From a virus, in the IMG/VR virus record IMGVR_UViG_3300045988_161192, positions 1 through 64,000 of that record: a stretch of DNA of 64,000 nt; one strand, 5' to 3'. A model generated the notes under the pieces. It was not told the origin of the DNA. It did not search any database and worked only from the letters and a program-made list of their open reading frames with translations. Each line of letters opens with the position of its first letter. The stretch's first letter is position 1. Shown one piece after another: positions 18,669 through 28,113 of this stretch. The position numbers were made by a program, and so were the translations under genes.

Positions 18669-19946
18669 ATGGAACCAGAAATTACAGAATTTAGTCAAAC
18701 AAAAGCTTTAGACACATTACTTGAAATTGAGAACACTTCTGGAAGTAAAGCTAAGTTAGAACTTTTAGAAGCTCAAAAAGAAAATCGATTACTCAAAGAC
18801 ATTTTGGAATTCACACTAAACCCATACGTTAGAACGGGAATTGGAAAATCCAAAATTGACAAGATTACAAATCTTACGTGGGATGGGAGTTATTGTCCAT
18901 CGGTAGAAGGAATGTTTCAATATTTGGAGAAGAATAATACCGGCAAAGATTATGACATTGTACAAGTTCAACAGTTTATCGCTCATCAAAGCGAAAAATA
19001 TAAAGACTTATGGACTATGATATTTACAAAATCTTTGAATATTGGAATCTCTGAAAAAACAGTGAACAAAGTTTGGCCAGATTTGATACCCTCTTTTGGA
19101 ATTCAATTAGCTCACCGTCTGGAAGATTACATAGATGTTCTCGATGGAAGACTTATTTCTATTACTGAAAAATTGGACGGAAACAGATGCTTTGCTCAAG
19201 TCAAAGACCACCATTGTACATTTTATGCTAGGTCTGGGAGAATAATCGAAGGGCTTGACGAAGTTGACGATGAATTGTCAAGACTAATCGATGGTTGGTA
19301 TGATGGAGAATTGATTGCAAATAGTTTTCAAGAAACACAAAGTCAGACCAGAAGGAAAGGAAAAAAGAAAGACTTAGTTTTCAATATTTTTGACTATTTG
19401 TTAGAAGGAGAGGTTAAAGAGCAAAAATGTTCTCACACTTATAGACAGAGAAGAGTTTTTCTAAACCAGATATTCCAAGGTATAGAAAAATGGAAACATG
19501 TAAAACTTGTTCCAATTATAGCAGAAGGTACTTATGACTATAACTGGGTGATGAAGATTTTAGACAATTATACCTCAAAAGGTTCAGAAGGAATTATGAT
19601 AAACTTAGACGAACCATACGAATTCAAAAGAACTGAAAATCTAATCAAAGTCAAGAAAATGTACACCCAAGATTTGAGAGTTTTGGACATTGAGGAAGGA
19701 CAAGGTCAAAATCAAGGGAGATTGGGAAATGTCATCGTCGACTATAAAGGTTACAAAGTTGGAGTAGGCTCAGGATTTAAGAAAGAAGAACGTGAATATT
19801 ATTGGAAGCATCCAGAAGAAATCATTGGAAAAATCGTCGAAGTTAAAGCTTTTGAAGAAACAACAAACCAAGAGGGTGAACTATCATTGAGGTTCCCAGT
19901 TTTCATCAGAATTAGAAATGACAAAGACGATGTTAGTTATGATTAG
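18669..19946 (+). CDS. ATP-dependent DNA (or RNA) ligase
   Basis: nucleotidyltransferase motif I KLDGNR, motif III WYDGELI, motif IV EGIMIN, motif V LIKVKK; RBS AGGAGAT. Confidence 0.6.
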   Translation: MEPEITEFSQTKALDTLLEIENTSGSKAKLELLEAQKENRLLKDILEFTLNPYVRTGIGKSKIDKITNLTWDGSYCPSVEGMFQYLEKNNTGKDYDIVQVQQFIAHQSEKYKDLWTMIFTKSLNIGISEKTVNKVWPDLIPSFGIQLAHRLEDYIDVLDGRLISITEKLDGNRCFAQVKDHHCTFYARSGRIIEGLDEVDDELSRLIDGWYDGELIANSFQETQSQTRRKGKKKDLVFNIFDYLLEGEVKEQKCSHTYRQRRVFLNQIFQGIEKWKHVKLVPIIAEGTYDYNWVMKILDNYTSKGSEGIMINLDEPYEFKRTENLIKVKKMYTQDLRVLDIEEGQGQNQGRLGNVIVDYKGYKVGVGSGFKKEEREYYWKHPEEIIGKIVEVKAFEETTNQEGELSLRFPVFIRIRNDKDDVSYD

Positions 19947-19961
19947 AAAGGAAGTGAGAAA

Positions 19962-20420
19962 ATGAAAACATTTAGACTATGTTATATTGACCAGAATGAC
20001 GAATATTCTGAAAGCTTAATGCTATACTTTACAGAGAAGGACCCAAAAGAACAGTGGGGTGACGATTGGGACGATGCTCCTTATGAACATAATGCTGGAA
20101 CTCCATATACCGATGACTATCGTCAACCAGAACAAGGAGTAGAAAATGGGAGAGGTATATACCCAAAAATTGAAATCAAGAAAATCTATATCGAACCATC
20201 AGATTGGAAAACTCACTTCTTTACACCTAGGACTGGAACAATCAATTCTCCATACTCGGTTGAAGACATAAACAAAGGAGCTACACCTTGGTTAGTCGTT
20301 AAAGTTGACAAAACAATTAAGGCCATCTTCGATGCTAGAACTACTTATGAAGAATTTTTGGAAAAAGTTAGAAAATTACCAATAGACATATATGTCAGAG
20401 AGGAGAAGAATTATGAATAA
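19962..20420 (+). CDS. hypothetical protein
   Basis: 152 aa; RBS GGAAGTGAG. Confidence 0.4.
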   Translation: MKTFRLCYIDQNDEYSESLMLYFTEKDPKEQWGDDWDDAPYEHNAGTPYTDDYRQPEQGVENGRGIYPKIEIKKIYIEPSDWKTHFFTPRTGTINSPYSVEDINKGATPWLVVKVDKTIKAIFDARTTYEEFLEKVRKLPIDIYVREEKNYE

Positions 20421-20577
20421 GTCAAAAATTCAACAACAAACTAGACAATTAAAATCATACATAGACGACATCGAATTAGAGGTCAGTAGACCAAACCCTA
20501 ACTATATGTACGTGCAATCAAAAGTCAACGTCTTACCGATGTTGATTAAAGAATTGCAAAAGGAGTTGGAAAAATGA
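20413..20577 (+). CDS. hypothetical small protein
   Basis: ATG at 20413 after GAGAGGAGAAG, overlapping the previous stop. Confidence 0.3.
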   Translation: MNKSKIQQQTRQLKSYIDDIELEVSRPNPNYMYVQSKVNVLPMLIKELQKELEK

Positions 20578-20759
20578 ACATCTATCTATGTAGACCATTA
20601 GTTGAATATGTACCAAAGATGGAGAATGGTGAAATTACAAAATGCCCAATCTGTGGGAGAGAATGTTGGAAGAGACCAGACCTTGAGGCTGATGTCAAGA
20701 AAACTTATGACCAAGTAATCGATTCTTGTACAGAATGTGCTATAAAATTTAGGAGGTAA
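20574..20759 (+). CDS. zinc-ribbon protein
   Basis: CPICGREC ... CTEC four-cysteine pattern; 61 aa. Confidence 0.4.
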   Translation: MNIYLCRPLVEYVPKMENGEITKCPICGRECWKRPDLEADVKKTYDQVIDSCTECAIKFRR

Positions 20760-20761
20760 AA

Positions 20762-20968
20762 ATGGAACACCGATTTAGATGTTGTATTTGCAAAAAGACT
20801 TTCACTGGTTATGGAAACAATCCTTGGCCTTTGAAAGATAAAGGTAAATGCTGCAATTCTTGTAATGATGATGTAACGATGGCAAGATTGGCTTTAATGA
20901 TAGGAGGTAGAGAAAAAGATGAAGAATTACTTAGAAAACGAAAATCTCAGAAGAGCCAAAATGTGTGA
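20762..20968 (+). CDS. Cys-rich zinc-binding small protein
   Basis: CCIC ... CCNSC cysteine cluster; 68 aa; RBS AGGAGG. Confidence 0.4.
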   Translation: MEHRFRCCICKKTFTGYGNNPWPLKDKGKCCNSCNDDVTMARLALMIGGREKDEELLRKRKSQKSQNV

Positions 20969-21134
20969 CAATAATATTCGAGACAAAATGAGAGCCATCA
21001 CAAAAGAGATTTGGGAGGTTGAAAAACCCAATAAGAAATACCTATTGGAAAAATTAGACTCCGTAGCATGGGACATCAATGTTTTAATTAGAATGTGTAA
21101 AGGAGAAGATGAAGATGAGGAACATGTTGAATAG
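20919..21134 (+). CDS. hypothetical small protein (true start may be the ATG at 20961)
   Basis: ORF in the same-strand array, overlapping the previous gene. Confidence 0.25.
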   Translation: MKNYLENENLRRAKMCDNNIRDKMRAITKEIWEVEKPNKKYLLEKLDSVAWDINVLIRMCKGEDEDEEHVE

Positions 21135-21600
21135 AGACGAATTACGAAGATTGGAAAAGGCTGCCAGAGAAAAAGACAAACGACATCTCAAAGAATGGGC
21201 AATGAGTTATGAAGATATGCTCAGAAGAGAATATGAAAAAGCTTACGAGGATGAAATCCAAAATGCTATTAACAGTTTTCTCGTAGCCATAGCTTATACT
21301 TTACACTTCAGTGAGACCACACATTTTGGACCCAAAAAATTACCAGATTTTATGGAAGATTTGATGGTGACAGTTGACATGTATCGAACCGGTGAATACA
21401 AACCCGATGAATATTTGGAAGAACTAAAAAAGTGTGGAATTTATTTCGAGAAGCATGACTGGAACAAAATCTACAGAGAAAAAGAAGGACTATACCAAAG
21501 AGCAGTTCTCAGAGCCAGAGAGTATTTACAGACCAACGATGACCTTGTTGGTCTTCAGAAAATTTTGATGGAGGTGGACGATGGAAATTCCAAAGAGTAA
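21109..21600 (+). CDS. hypothetical protein
   Basis: 163 aa, charged/helical. Confidence 0.35.
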   Translation: MKMRNMLNRDELRRLEKAAREKDKRHLKEWAMSYEDMLRREYEKAYEDEIQNAINSFLVAIAYTLHFSETTHFGPKKLPDFMEDLMVTVDMYRTGEYKPDEYLEELKKCGIYFEKHDWNKIYREKEGLYQRAVLRAREYLQTNDDLVGLQKILMEVDDGNSKE

Positions 21601-21988
21601 TTTCAAAATGCCAAGATATAATCTCGAAGCAGACTTGACAAAAGATGAGGACCAGTCAATTTACTCTATCACTCAAACCGTGGTTACTCAGATTGTCAAA
21701 GAACAGGATGAATATACCATAGCACAAATTGAAAAATATGTCAAAGAAAAACAACAAGCTGGAGAAATCATCTCTTCGAATATTATTGGAGAAGGTAAAC
21801 TTAGACACATTATCAATTTGGGAATAACAATTTACTGTAAACAACAAGGTCTTCCAATTTCACCAGAGGACTTATTTACACAAGAAGATTACATTGAATA
21901 TCTAAACCACAGACTAGACAAAGCAGAAGAGAGAATTCTTGAACTGCAAAGAGAGTTGGAAAATCAGAAAGGAGAAGAAAATGAGTAA
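21581..21988 (+). CDS. hypothetical protein
   Basis: 135 aa; overlaps its neighbours (coupled). Confidence 0.35.
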   Translation: MEIPKSNFKMPRYNLEADLTKDEDQSIYSITQTVVTQIVKEQDEYTIAQIEKYVKEKQQAGEIISSNIIGEGKLRHIINLGITIYCKQQGLPISPEDLFTQEDYIEYLNHRLDKAEERILELQRELENQKGEENE

Positions 21989-22538
21989 ACCATTCGAGGA
22001 GATTGTTCAAGACAGAAGAATTTTGAAAGTTTACAAATCAATAAAAACTGACAAAGTTGCAAAATTAAAAGTTGAGGTTAGGTCTAATAAAGCAAGTGAC
22101 AAATGCCTTGTTTCATTGACCATTTGTAAAGGTTGGGAACATTTGGGTGTTTCTCACAAAAACAAAATTCCGTCTTGGATGACAATGCAAGAAATGAAGG
22201 AACTGTTCTTCTATGATGATGAAGAATGCTTCCAATTACACCCTAAGGCAGATGATTATGTCAACAACAATGAATATACTCTCCACATTTGGAGACCATT
22301 GGAAGAAAAATTACCAATTCCTCCAAGTATATTGGTTGGCTTTAGACCTAATCACATTGAAGAAGATATGGAAGCAGCTAAGAAACTTCACGAAGACATT
22401 GATATGCCTTTAACAGAAGAAGAGATTAGGTGGTTGTATCTGTCATCGACACCAGAAGGACAAAAGAAACTAAGTAAAGAAATTGAGACAAACCCAGAAA
22501 CTCTGATGAAACTAGCACTCAAGATGGGTATAATCTAG
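21981..22538 (+). CDS. hypothetical protein
   Basis: ATG at 21981 after AAAGGAGAAG; 185 aa. Confidence 0.4.
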   Translation: MSKPFEEIVQDRRILKVYKSIKTDKVAKLKVEVRSNKASDKCLVSLTICKGWEHLGVSHKNKIPSWMTMQEMKELFFYDDEECFQLHPKADDYVNNNEYTLHIWRPLEEKLPIPPSILVGFRPNHIEEDMEAAKKLHEDIDMPLTEEEIRWLYLSSTPEGQKKLSKEIETNPETLMKLALKMGII

Positions 22539-22550
22539 AAAGGAGATGCA

Positions 22551-22985
22551 ATGTACAATTTATGTGAAACTAACAAAAAGGTGCCATCTTATTACACCAT
22601 CAGAGGATTGTACAGAAGGTCTTCTAACAAAAGACTAAACTTGCAATTCAAAATCTATGACAATTTACAACAAGAATATTTTGAAAAAGTTGTGAGTGGA
22701 AACAAGTCAATTGTTTATGATAATGTCCACATCATTTTGGAAGAATTCCAATTACAGAATTTATCTGATGAACAACTTTGGGAAATCACAGTCATAACTT
22801 GGGAAGCACTAAAGAAGAAATACAATACTTATATGTACATCGGACTAAATGAAACTTTTAAAGAAGTAGAAAAATATTTGAAAAAGGAGAAAATCAATTA
22901 TGGAAGACTTAGAAAATATGGTAGACCTAGTGACAGCCAGTCTGAAATCACAAACCTCGGTTTTGGTCAACGTACAAATTCCTGA
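22551..22985 (+). CDS. hypothetical protein
   Basis: 144 aa; RBS AAAGGAG. Confidence 0.35.
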   Translation: MYNLCETNKKVPSYYTIRGLYRRSSNKRLNLQFKIYDNLQQEYFEKVVSGNKSIVYDNVHIILEEFQLQNLSDEQLWEITVITWEALKKKYNTYMYIGLNETFKEVEKYLKKEKINYGRLRKYGRPSDSQSEITNLGFGQRTNS

Positions 22986-23223
22986 CGAAGGTAGCCAATA
23001 TGATGTTCTGTTCGCTTATAACTTCAACAATTTTGGCTATCACCAAAGAGGAATTGTTCCATCAGATTTGCTCATTGGAGTTATTGGATTAGGATGCTTT
23101 GGATTTAGAACTGACATCTCAGAAAGTGCAGAGGGATATTATTATGAAAAATTGCATGTACAAAGTCCAGCCTTAACATTATTCTTCAATGAAGTCAGAA
23201 GGAGGTTAAGTGATGACGTATAA
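22900..23223 (+). CDS. hypothetical protein
   Basis: 107 aa ORF overlapping its neighbour. Confidence 0.3.
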   Translation: MEDLENMVDLVTASLKSQTSVLVNVQIPDEGSQYDVLFAYNFNNFGYHQRGIVPSDLLIGVIGLGCFGFRTDISESAEGYYYEKLHVQSPALTLFFNEVRRRLSDDV

Positions 23224-23692
23224 CCCAGATAAGGTCGAATATTACTTGAATATCGCAGAAGCAGTTGGAAAGAAAGGAACTTGTTTGAAAAAGAAATGGG
23301 GTTGTATTATTGTAAAAGACAATGTCATTGTTTCAACAGGTTATAATGGAGCACCTAGAAAAATACTTGATTGTCAAACCAAAGGTCATTGCAGTCGTGA
23401 GAATTCTGAACGAGGCACAGATTATGCTTTTTGTCCAGCAGTACATTCTGAACAAAATGCTATAATTTTTGGAAATCGTGCAGACATGAAAGATGCAGAC
23501 ATGTATTTGGTTGGAATTGAAATGTGTCATCCCGGTTGGAGATATGTTCGAAAGCCAGCTCCATGTTCATTATGCAAACGTATGATAATTAACGCAGGCA
23601 TCAAAAGAGTATTTGTTAAAACAGAAGAGAAACAATTCGAATGTTTCGATGTTACTCTTTGGGATGAGAATGATATAACGGGAGGTTATTAG
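23210..23692 (+). CDS. dCMP deaminase
   Basis: cytidine/deoxycytidylate deaminase zinc motifs HSEQNAI and PCSLC...C; 160 aa. Confidence 0.65.
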   Translation: MMTYNPDKVEYYLNIAEAVGKKGTCLKKKWGCIIVKDNVIVSTGYNGAPRKILDCQTKGHCSRENSERGTDYAFCPAVHSEQNAIIFGNRADMKDADMYLVGIEMCHPGWRYVRKPAPCSLCKRMIINAGIKRVFVKTEEKQFECFDVTLWDENDITGGY

Positions 23693-23694
23693 AA

Positions 23695-23873
23695 TGTTAG
23701 AAATTAACGGAATTTGGTACGATGCCAAAAATATTCGTAAAATGAAATTCGAAAACGAACGTGTATATGTTTACTTTTACCAAGAAGAAGAACCCTTGGA
23801 AATGTTAGCAAACCAAAATCAGTTCAACTATTTAGTAGCTAGGGTCACATCAGCCAAAGCTATGAACAAATAG
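23695..23873 (+). CDS. hypothetical small protein (59 aa, below the ORF-track cutoff)
   Basis: ATG right after the dCMP deaminase stop; fills the gap to the next gene. Confidence 0.25.
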
Positions 23874-23902
23874 AAGAAAATCCATTGAGAGGAGGTGAGA
23901 AA

Positions 23903-24151
23903 ATGACAGAAGACCAAGAATACATCAAAGAGCATTTGGGTGAAATTGCTAAGCAAGTGGAAAGTATGCTCCCAGAAGGAAGTGGATTTATTTTGTTTGC
24001 TTTTGACTTTGGAGAAGATAATTCACGAAGAATGCAGTATATTAGCAATGCCAACCGAGAAGATGCTTTCAAAGCCTTAGAGGAATTTATGACTAAGATA
24101 ACAGAAGAAAAATATGGAAAACATTTGGACACAGAAGGAGGTGATAGCTAA
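23903..24151 (+). CDS. hypothetical protein
   Basis: ATG at 23903 after GAGGAGGTGAG. Confidence 0.35.
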   Translation: MTEDQEYIKEHLGEIAKQVESMLPEGSGFILFAFDFGEDNSRRMQYISNANREDAFKALEEFMTKITEEKYGKHLDTEGGDS

Positions 24152-24360
24152 TGTGGTTAGTTTTTCTGATACTTTTAGACCTTTATCTAATTGTCAAAAT
24201 CATTAGAACTTTTCTAGATATTTTAGACTTCTTTGAAATGAAAAAGTCTGCCAGAAAAATGGCTGAAATTTGGAAGGAGAGCATCGATGATAGATGTCAA
24301 TGTTGTGAAGAAGATAAAGCAAAAACTCGACCAACCAGTTACGGGAAGCATGCTCTTTAA
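24151..24360 (+). CDS. small membrane protein (N-terminal TM)
   Basis: MWLVFLILLDLYLIVKII hydrophobic N-terminus; 69 aa. Confidence 0.35.
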   Translation: MWLVFLILLDLYLIVKIIRTFLDILDFFEMKKSARKMAEIWKESIDDRCQCCEEDKAKTRPTSYGKHAL

Positions 24361-24538
24361 ATTTCTAATTTGTTTGAATATTGTAGTATTAGCTTTCTGT
24401 ATAAGAATTGCCAATGTCAGAACCACACAGGATGAGGAAACATTGGAATACATAAACTATTTAGAAGAAATTGTCGAAAAAGACAATGAATATCGTAAAG
24501 TCCTTTGGGACTACATAAATTATTTGAAAGAACATTGA
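24350..24538 (+). CDS. small membrane protein
   Basis: MLFKFLICLNIVVLAFCI TM segment; start uncertain (track start 24287). Confidence 0.3.
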   Translation: MLFKFLICLNIVVLAFCIRIANVRTTQDEETLEYINYLEEIVEKDNEYRKVLWDYINYLKEH

Positions 24539-24560
24539 AAATTTGAAGGGAGAAAGAAAT

Positions 24561-25976
24561 ATGATAACTTTAATTGTAGCAGGAGTAGTTTTATTACTTC
24601 TAATCATATTTGTAGCATTAAGCTACATCAAATGTCCACCAGATATGGTATACTTAATTTCGGGTCTAAAGAAAGAACCCCGAGTTTTAATTGGAAAAGC
24701 TGGAATAAGAATTCCATTCTTTGAAAGAGTAGACAAATTAACTTTGGAACTAATACAAATTGACGTTAAGACTTCAAAAGTTCCAACTGCTGATTTCATA
24801 AATGTTGATGTCGATGCCGTAGCAAATGTCAGAATTCCAAAAGACAACGAGTTGATACAAGTTGCAGCTAGACACTTTCTAAACCAAGACTCTCGTTATA
24901 TTTCAGTCAATGTACAACAAGTATTAGAAGGAAACATGAGAGAAATTATTGGACAATTGGATTTAAAATCACTTGTGAATGACAAACAAAAATTTAGTCA
25001 GAAAATACAAGAAAATGCTAAAGACGACATCAATGCTATTGGACTTGAAATTGTAAACCTAAATGTACAATCTTGTACTGATGAAAACAATGCAATCAAT
25101 GACTTAGGAATTGACAATTTAGCACAAATCCAAAAATCAGCTAAGATTGCAAAAGCCCAAGCTGAAAAAGAAATCAAGATTGCCGAAGCACAAGCTGATG
25201 AAGAGGGTGCAAAAGCTAGAGCAGATGCCGATGCAAAAATAGCTGAACAACAAAAAGAATTGGAAATTAAGAGAGCTGAGTTCAAGATTGAACAAGACAG
25301 AAAGAAAGCCGAAGCAGACACAGTCTATGAAATCCAAAAAGCTCAACAACAAAAATTAGTAAATGAAAACGAAGTAGCAGCTGAAGTAGCTAAAGCAGAA
25401 AAAACTACTGAACTTAAAGAAAAAGAAGTAGCATTGAAAGAAAGAGAATTGGATGCATTGGTTAGAAAACAAGCTGACGCAGACAGATATAAAATGGTCC
25501 AAGAAGCTGAAGCCCAAAAAGAAGCCAGAATCGCTAGAGCTCAAGCTGAAAAAGAGGCTGCAACACTTGAAGCCGAAGCAATCAAAGCAAAAGCTATCGC
25601 TGAAGCTGATGGAATAAAAGCTAAATTGGAAGCAGAAGCAGATGGTATAAAAGCCAAAGGATTGGCCGAAGCTGCTGGTATTGAAAAGAAAGCAGAAGCT
25701 CAAGCTAAAATGAAACAGGCTTCTATTGTGGAAATGATTTGTAAAGTCTTACCAGATATTGCAAAGGAAGTCTCTACTCCACTTGCAAATGTTGATACTA
25801 TCACAATGTATGGTGACCAATCAACCAAGTTAGTAGAAGAAAATACTCAGAAAATAGACAAAGTCTTGAAGGTGGCCCAAGACAGTTTAGGAATAGACTT
25901 GAAATCATTAGTTGCTGGATTTGCTGCTAAGACATTAGTTGACAAATCAGAAAAACCAAAGAAAGCCGATGAATAG
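24561..25976 (+). CDS. SPFH / band-7 (flotillin-like) membrane protein with long Ala/Glu/Lys coiled coil
   Basis: N-terminal TM helix, SPFH-like core (IDVKTSKVPTADFINVDVDAVANVRI...), then ~200 aa of AEAQA/KAEAE heptads as in FloT/YqiK; ATG at 24561 after GAAGGGAGAAAG. Confidence 0.6.
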   Translation: MITLIVAGVVLLLLIIFVALSYIKCPPDMVYLISGLKKEPRVLIGKAGIRIPFFERVDKLTLELIQIDVKTSKVPTADFINVDVDAVANVRIPKDNELIQVAARHFLNQDSRYISVNVQQVLEGNMREIIGQLDLKSLVNDKQKFSQKIQENAKDDINAIGLEIVNLNVQSCTDENNAINDLGIDNLAQIQKSAKIAKAQAEKEIKIAEAQADEEGAKARADADAKIAEQQKELEIKRAEFKIEQDRKKAEADTVYEIQKAQQQKLVNENEVAAEVAKAEKTTELKEKEVALKERELDALVRKQADADRYKMVQEAEAQKEARIARAQAEKEAATLEAEAIKAKAIAEADGIKAKLEAEADGIKAKGLAEAAGIEKKAEAQAKMKQASIVEMICKVLPDIAKEVSTPLANVDTITMYGDQSTKLVEENTQKIDKVLKVAQDSLGIDLKSLVAGFAAKTLVDKSEKPKKADE

Positions 25977-26181
25977 ACACTTTGAGGAATGGTTATTGGA
26001 AGAAGGTTGGTTACAATGTGAAACCTTAAGTGGAGACTGGTGGTATGAAAACACTAGAACTGGTGAAAAACTACCACCTTTCACCCAACCAATTCCAAAA
26101 TACAAAGAACCCGAAAATTGTGGCCACATCAAAATACCTAAGATAGACATCGACCAAGTAAATAAGTATAAAGGAGTGTAA
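25969..26181 (+). CDS. hypothetical protein
   Basis: ATG overlapping the flotillin stop; Trp-rich 70 aa. Confidence 0.3.
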   Translation: MNRHFEEWLLEEGWLQCETLSGDWWYENTRTGEKLPPFTQPIPKYKEPENCGHIKIPKIDIDQVNKYKGV

Positions 26182-26184
26182 TAT

Positions 26185-26838
26185 ATGAAGACATATACGG
26201 ACGAAGAATTTTTCAAATGTAGATTGAGAGGAGCAAACAATGTAATCAGAGCTGTATTTGGCACAGACCCTAAGTTTGAAAAAATTCCACCTTCTGTTCT
26301 TAAGAATGCTGCTAATCGAGGAACAGCAGTTCACCAATATATCGAGACTTATTTGAACAATTTTAAAGAAGGAAAGGACGAAACTCCAGAGATAGATTTG
26401 GAGTATGACATTTATGCTTACTATTTTGGAAAATGGAAAGAAGAACGAGCAACTATAATGGAGGTATATGAAACCGAACGCAAGATAATGTCAGAAGAAT
26501 TAGGATGCAAAGGAATTATTGACTGTATAGCTAAAATCAAGACAGACACAGATGATGAAGCCAAGATTTGTATGATAGACTGGAAGACATCAAGTAATTT
26601 GGACCATTTTAGAACCCAATGTCAACTACAAATTTATTATGAAATGATGGACCAAGAATACCCAGAATTAGCAAAACAAATTGACGAGCTAAGAGTACTT
26701 TCATTGACAAAATATGAGTATAGGTGGTTCAAGTTCCCAATAAACAGAGAACTTGGAAAAAGCATTCTATACTTATACAATAACTTTTTCAGAGAAGAAG
26801 CTGAAAAAGAAAAAGAAAAGAAAATTGAACTTGATTAG
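26185..26838 (+). CDS. PD-(D/E)XK family nuclease (YqaJ/Cas4-like exonuclease fold)
   Basis: motifs GIIDCIAKI and MIDWKTS (D...D-x-K), then QCQLQIYY (QxxxY). Confidence 0.5.
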   Translation: MKTYTDEEFFKCRLRGANNVIRAVFGTDPKFEKIPPSVLKNAANRGTAVHQYIETYLNNFKEGKDETPEIDLEYDIYAYYFGKWKEERATIMEVYETERKIMSEELGCKGIIDCIAKIKTDTDDEAKICMIDWKTSSNLDHFRTQCQLQIYYEMMDQEYPELAKQIDELRVLSLTKYEYRWFKFPINRELGKSILYLYNNFFREEAEKEKEKKIELD

Positions 26839-26850
26839 AAAGGAGTTAGC

Positions 26851-27453
26851 ATGTTTACCAAGTATGCAAGAGGAATGGTGTATTGGGCAGACATTCCAAG
26901 ATATGAAAACAACCCCAATGTCCAATCTGGTATGAGACCATGCATAATTGTCTCAAACGATATTGGAAATCAATTTAGTAAAGTTGTAACAGTAGTCCCA
27001 TGTACAACTAATACTGACCGAAACCCAGAACAAGTTACTCACATGATACTTAAATTGGGAAGAGACGAAGACAGTTTAGTTCTTTGTGAAAATATAATGA
27101 CTATAAACAAGGATTTACTTAAAGGATTTATGGGTATGTTAGGTGAAGACTTAATCGATGAACTTAACAAAGCATTGTCAGCTACTTTAGGATTAGTTAA
27201 AGTAGCCGAACCAAAGATAAAAATCATCGAAAAGACGAAAGAAGAGAAATTAGAAGAAAAGAAGAAAATGAACCGAGGTCGTAAAGTCTCTGGTCCAACA
27301 GAAATGCAAAAATTTCTGAATTATGCAAAAACACATACTCGAAAAGAAGTGATGGCAGAATATGGAATACCAAGTGAAATGGCTGTCACTCAAAGAACAA
27401 GTTATTATCGAAAAAAGTTGAAAATAAACGATAAAATGGAGGCTGGTCGCTAA
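26851..27453 (+). CDS. MazF/PemK-family endoribonuclease-domain protein with an 80-aa C-terminal extension
   Basis: matches E. coli MazF across the fold: GMVYWADI (cf. GDLIWVDF), RPCIIVSN (cf. RPAVVLSP), VPCTT identical, CENIMTI (cf. ADQVKSI); extra Lys-rich plus HTH-like C-terminus. Confidence 0.7.
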   Translation: MFTKYARGMVYWADIPRYENNPNVQSGMRPCIIVSNDIGNQFSKVVTVVPCTTNTDRNPEQVTHMILKLGRDEDSLVLCENIMTINKDLLKGFMGMLGEDLIDELNKALSATLGLVKVAEPKIKIIEKTKEEKLEEKKKMNRGRKVSGPTEMQKFLNYAKTHTRKEVMAEYGIPSEMAVTQRTSYYRKKLKINDKMEAGR

Positions 27454-28034
27454 TGAGTAAAATCTATATACATTATGGTTCTAACGAATTCAAACCGGAA
27501 CTCTTCAAACCAGTTAAGAACGAAATGATGTTCACAAAACCTAAAGGTGGTCTTTGGGCATCTCCAATTAACGCTAAAGAGAGTTGGAAAGAATGGTGTG
27601 AAAGAAATGACTTCCACTTAGAACTTTTAGAAAAATCATTTGTCTTTGTTCTAAAACCAGATACCAAAGTATTATTTATTGACGATGTCAAACAATTGGA
27701 GAATTTACCAAAAGTCCAAAACCCAGCGATTTTCGATAATTTCAAGTTATGGACTTGCTTAGATTTTGAAAAGCTATCCCAAGAATACGACGCTGTTGAA
27801 ATCACATTGTCTGAGGAAAAATCACACCGAGGTGAATTCTGGGGCGGTCTATATGACAAACTATATGGATGGGATTGTGATAGTATTTGTATAATGAACC
27901 CAGAATGCATTAACACAAATCCAGAAATTACTATTACTCCTATTATAGAACAAAAACCAGAGGAACCTGGTGATACATATAAGCAATATGTTGTCAAAGG
28001 TTATAAAATCAGCCAAAATGGAGAAGCTCTGTAA
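27453..28034 (+). CDS. hypothetical protein translationally coupled to the MazF-like gene
   Basis: TAATG overlap with the upstream gene; 193 aa. Confidence 0.4.
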   Translation: MSKIYIHYGSNEFKPELFKPVKNEMMFTKPKGGLWASPINAKESWKEWCERNDFHLELLEKSFVFVLKPDTKVLFIDDVKQLENLPKVQNPAIFDNFKLWTCLDFEKLSQEYDAVEITLSEEKSHRGEFWGGLYDKLYGWDCDSICIMNPECINTNPEITITPIIEQKPEEPGDTYKQYVVKGYKISQNGEAL

Positions 28035-28062
28035 AAACCGGAGCTTCAAAATCAATTTTAAG
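28023..28062 (+). terminator. hairpin GAAGCTC/GAGCTTC followed by the conserved AAAATCAATTTTAAG motif
   Basis: 7-bp inverted repeat straddling the stop codon, then the family motif at 28048-28062 and a T-run. Confidence 0.35.
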
Positions 28063-28113
28063 ACAGTTTTAAATATCAAGCCATATAATTACCTTAGCTA
28101 AAATGGAGGTGAA

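Noticed and set aside
25356-25703. Minus-strand ORFs (Phe/Ser/Cys-rich) within the flotillin gene
   Set aside because: They mirror the repetitive GCT/GAA coiled-coil codons on the opposite strand. Judged artefactual.
27473-27997. 174-aa minus-strand ORF
   Set aside because: It is fully antisense to the coupled + strand gene 27453..28034, with no start signals. Judged a chance open frame in AT-rich DNA.
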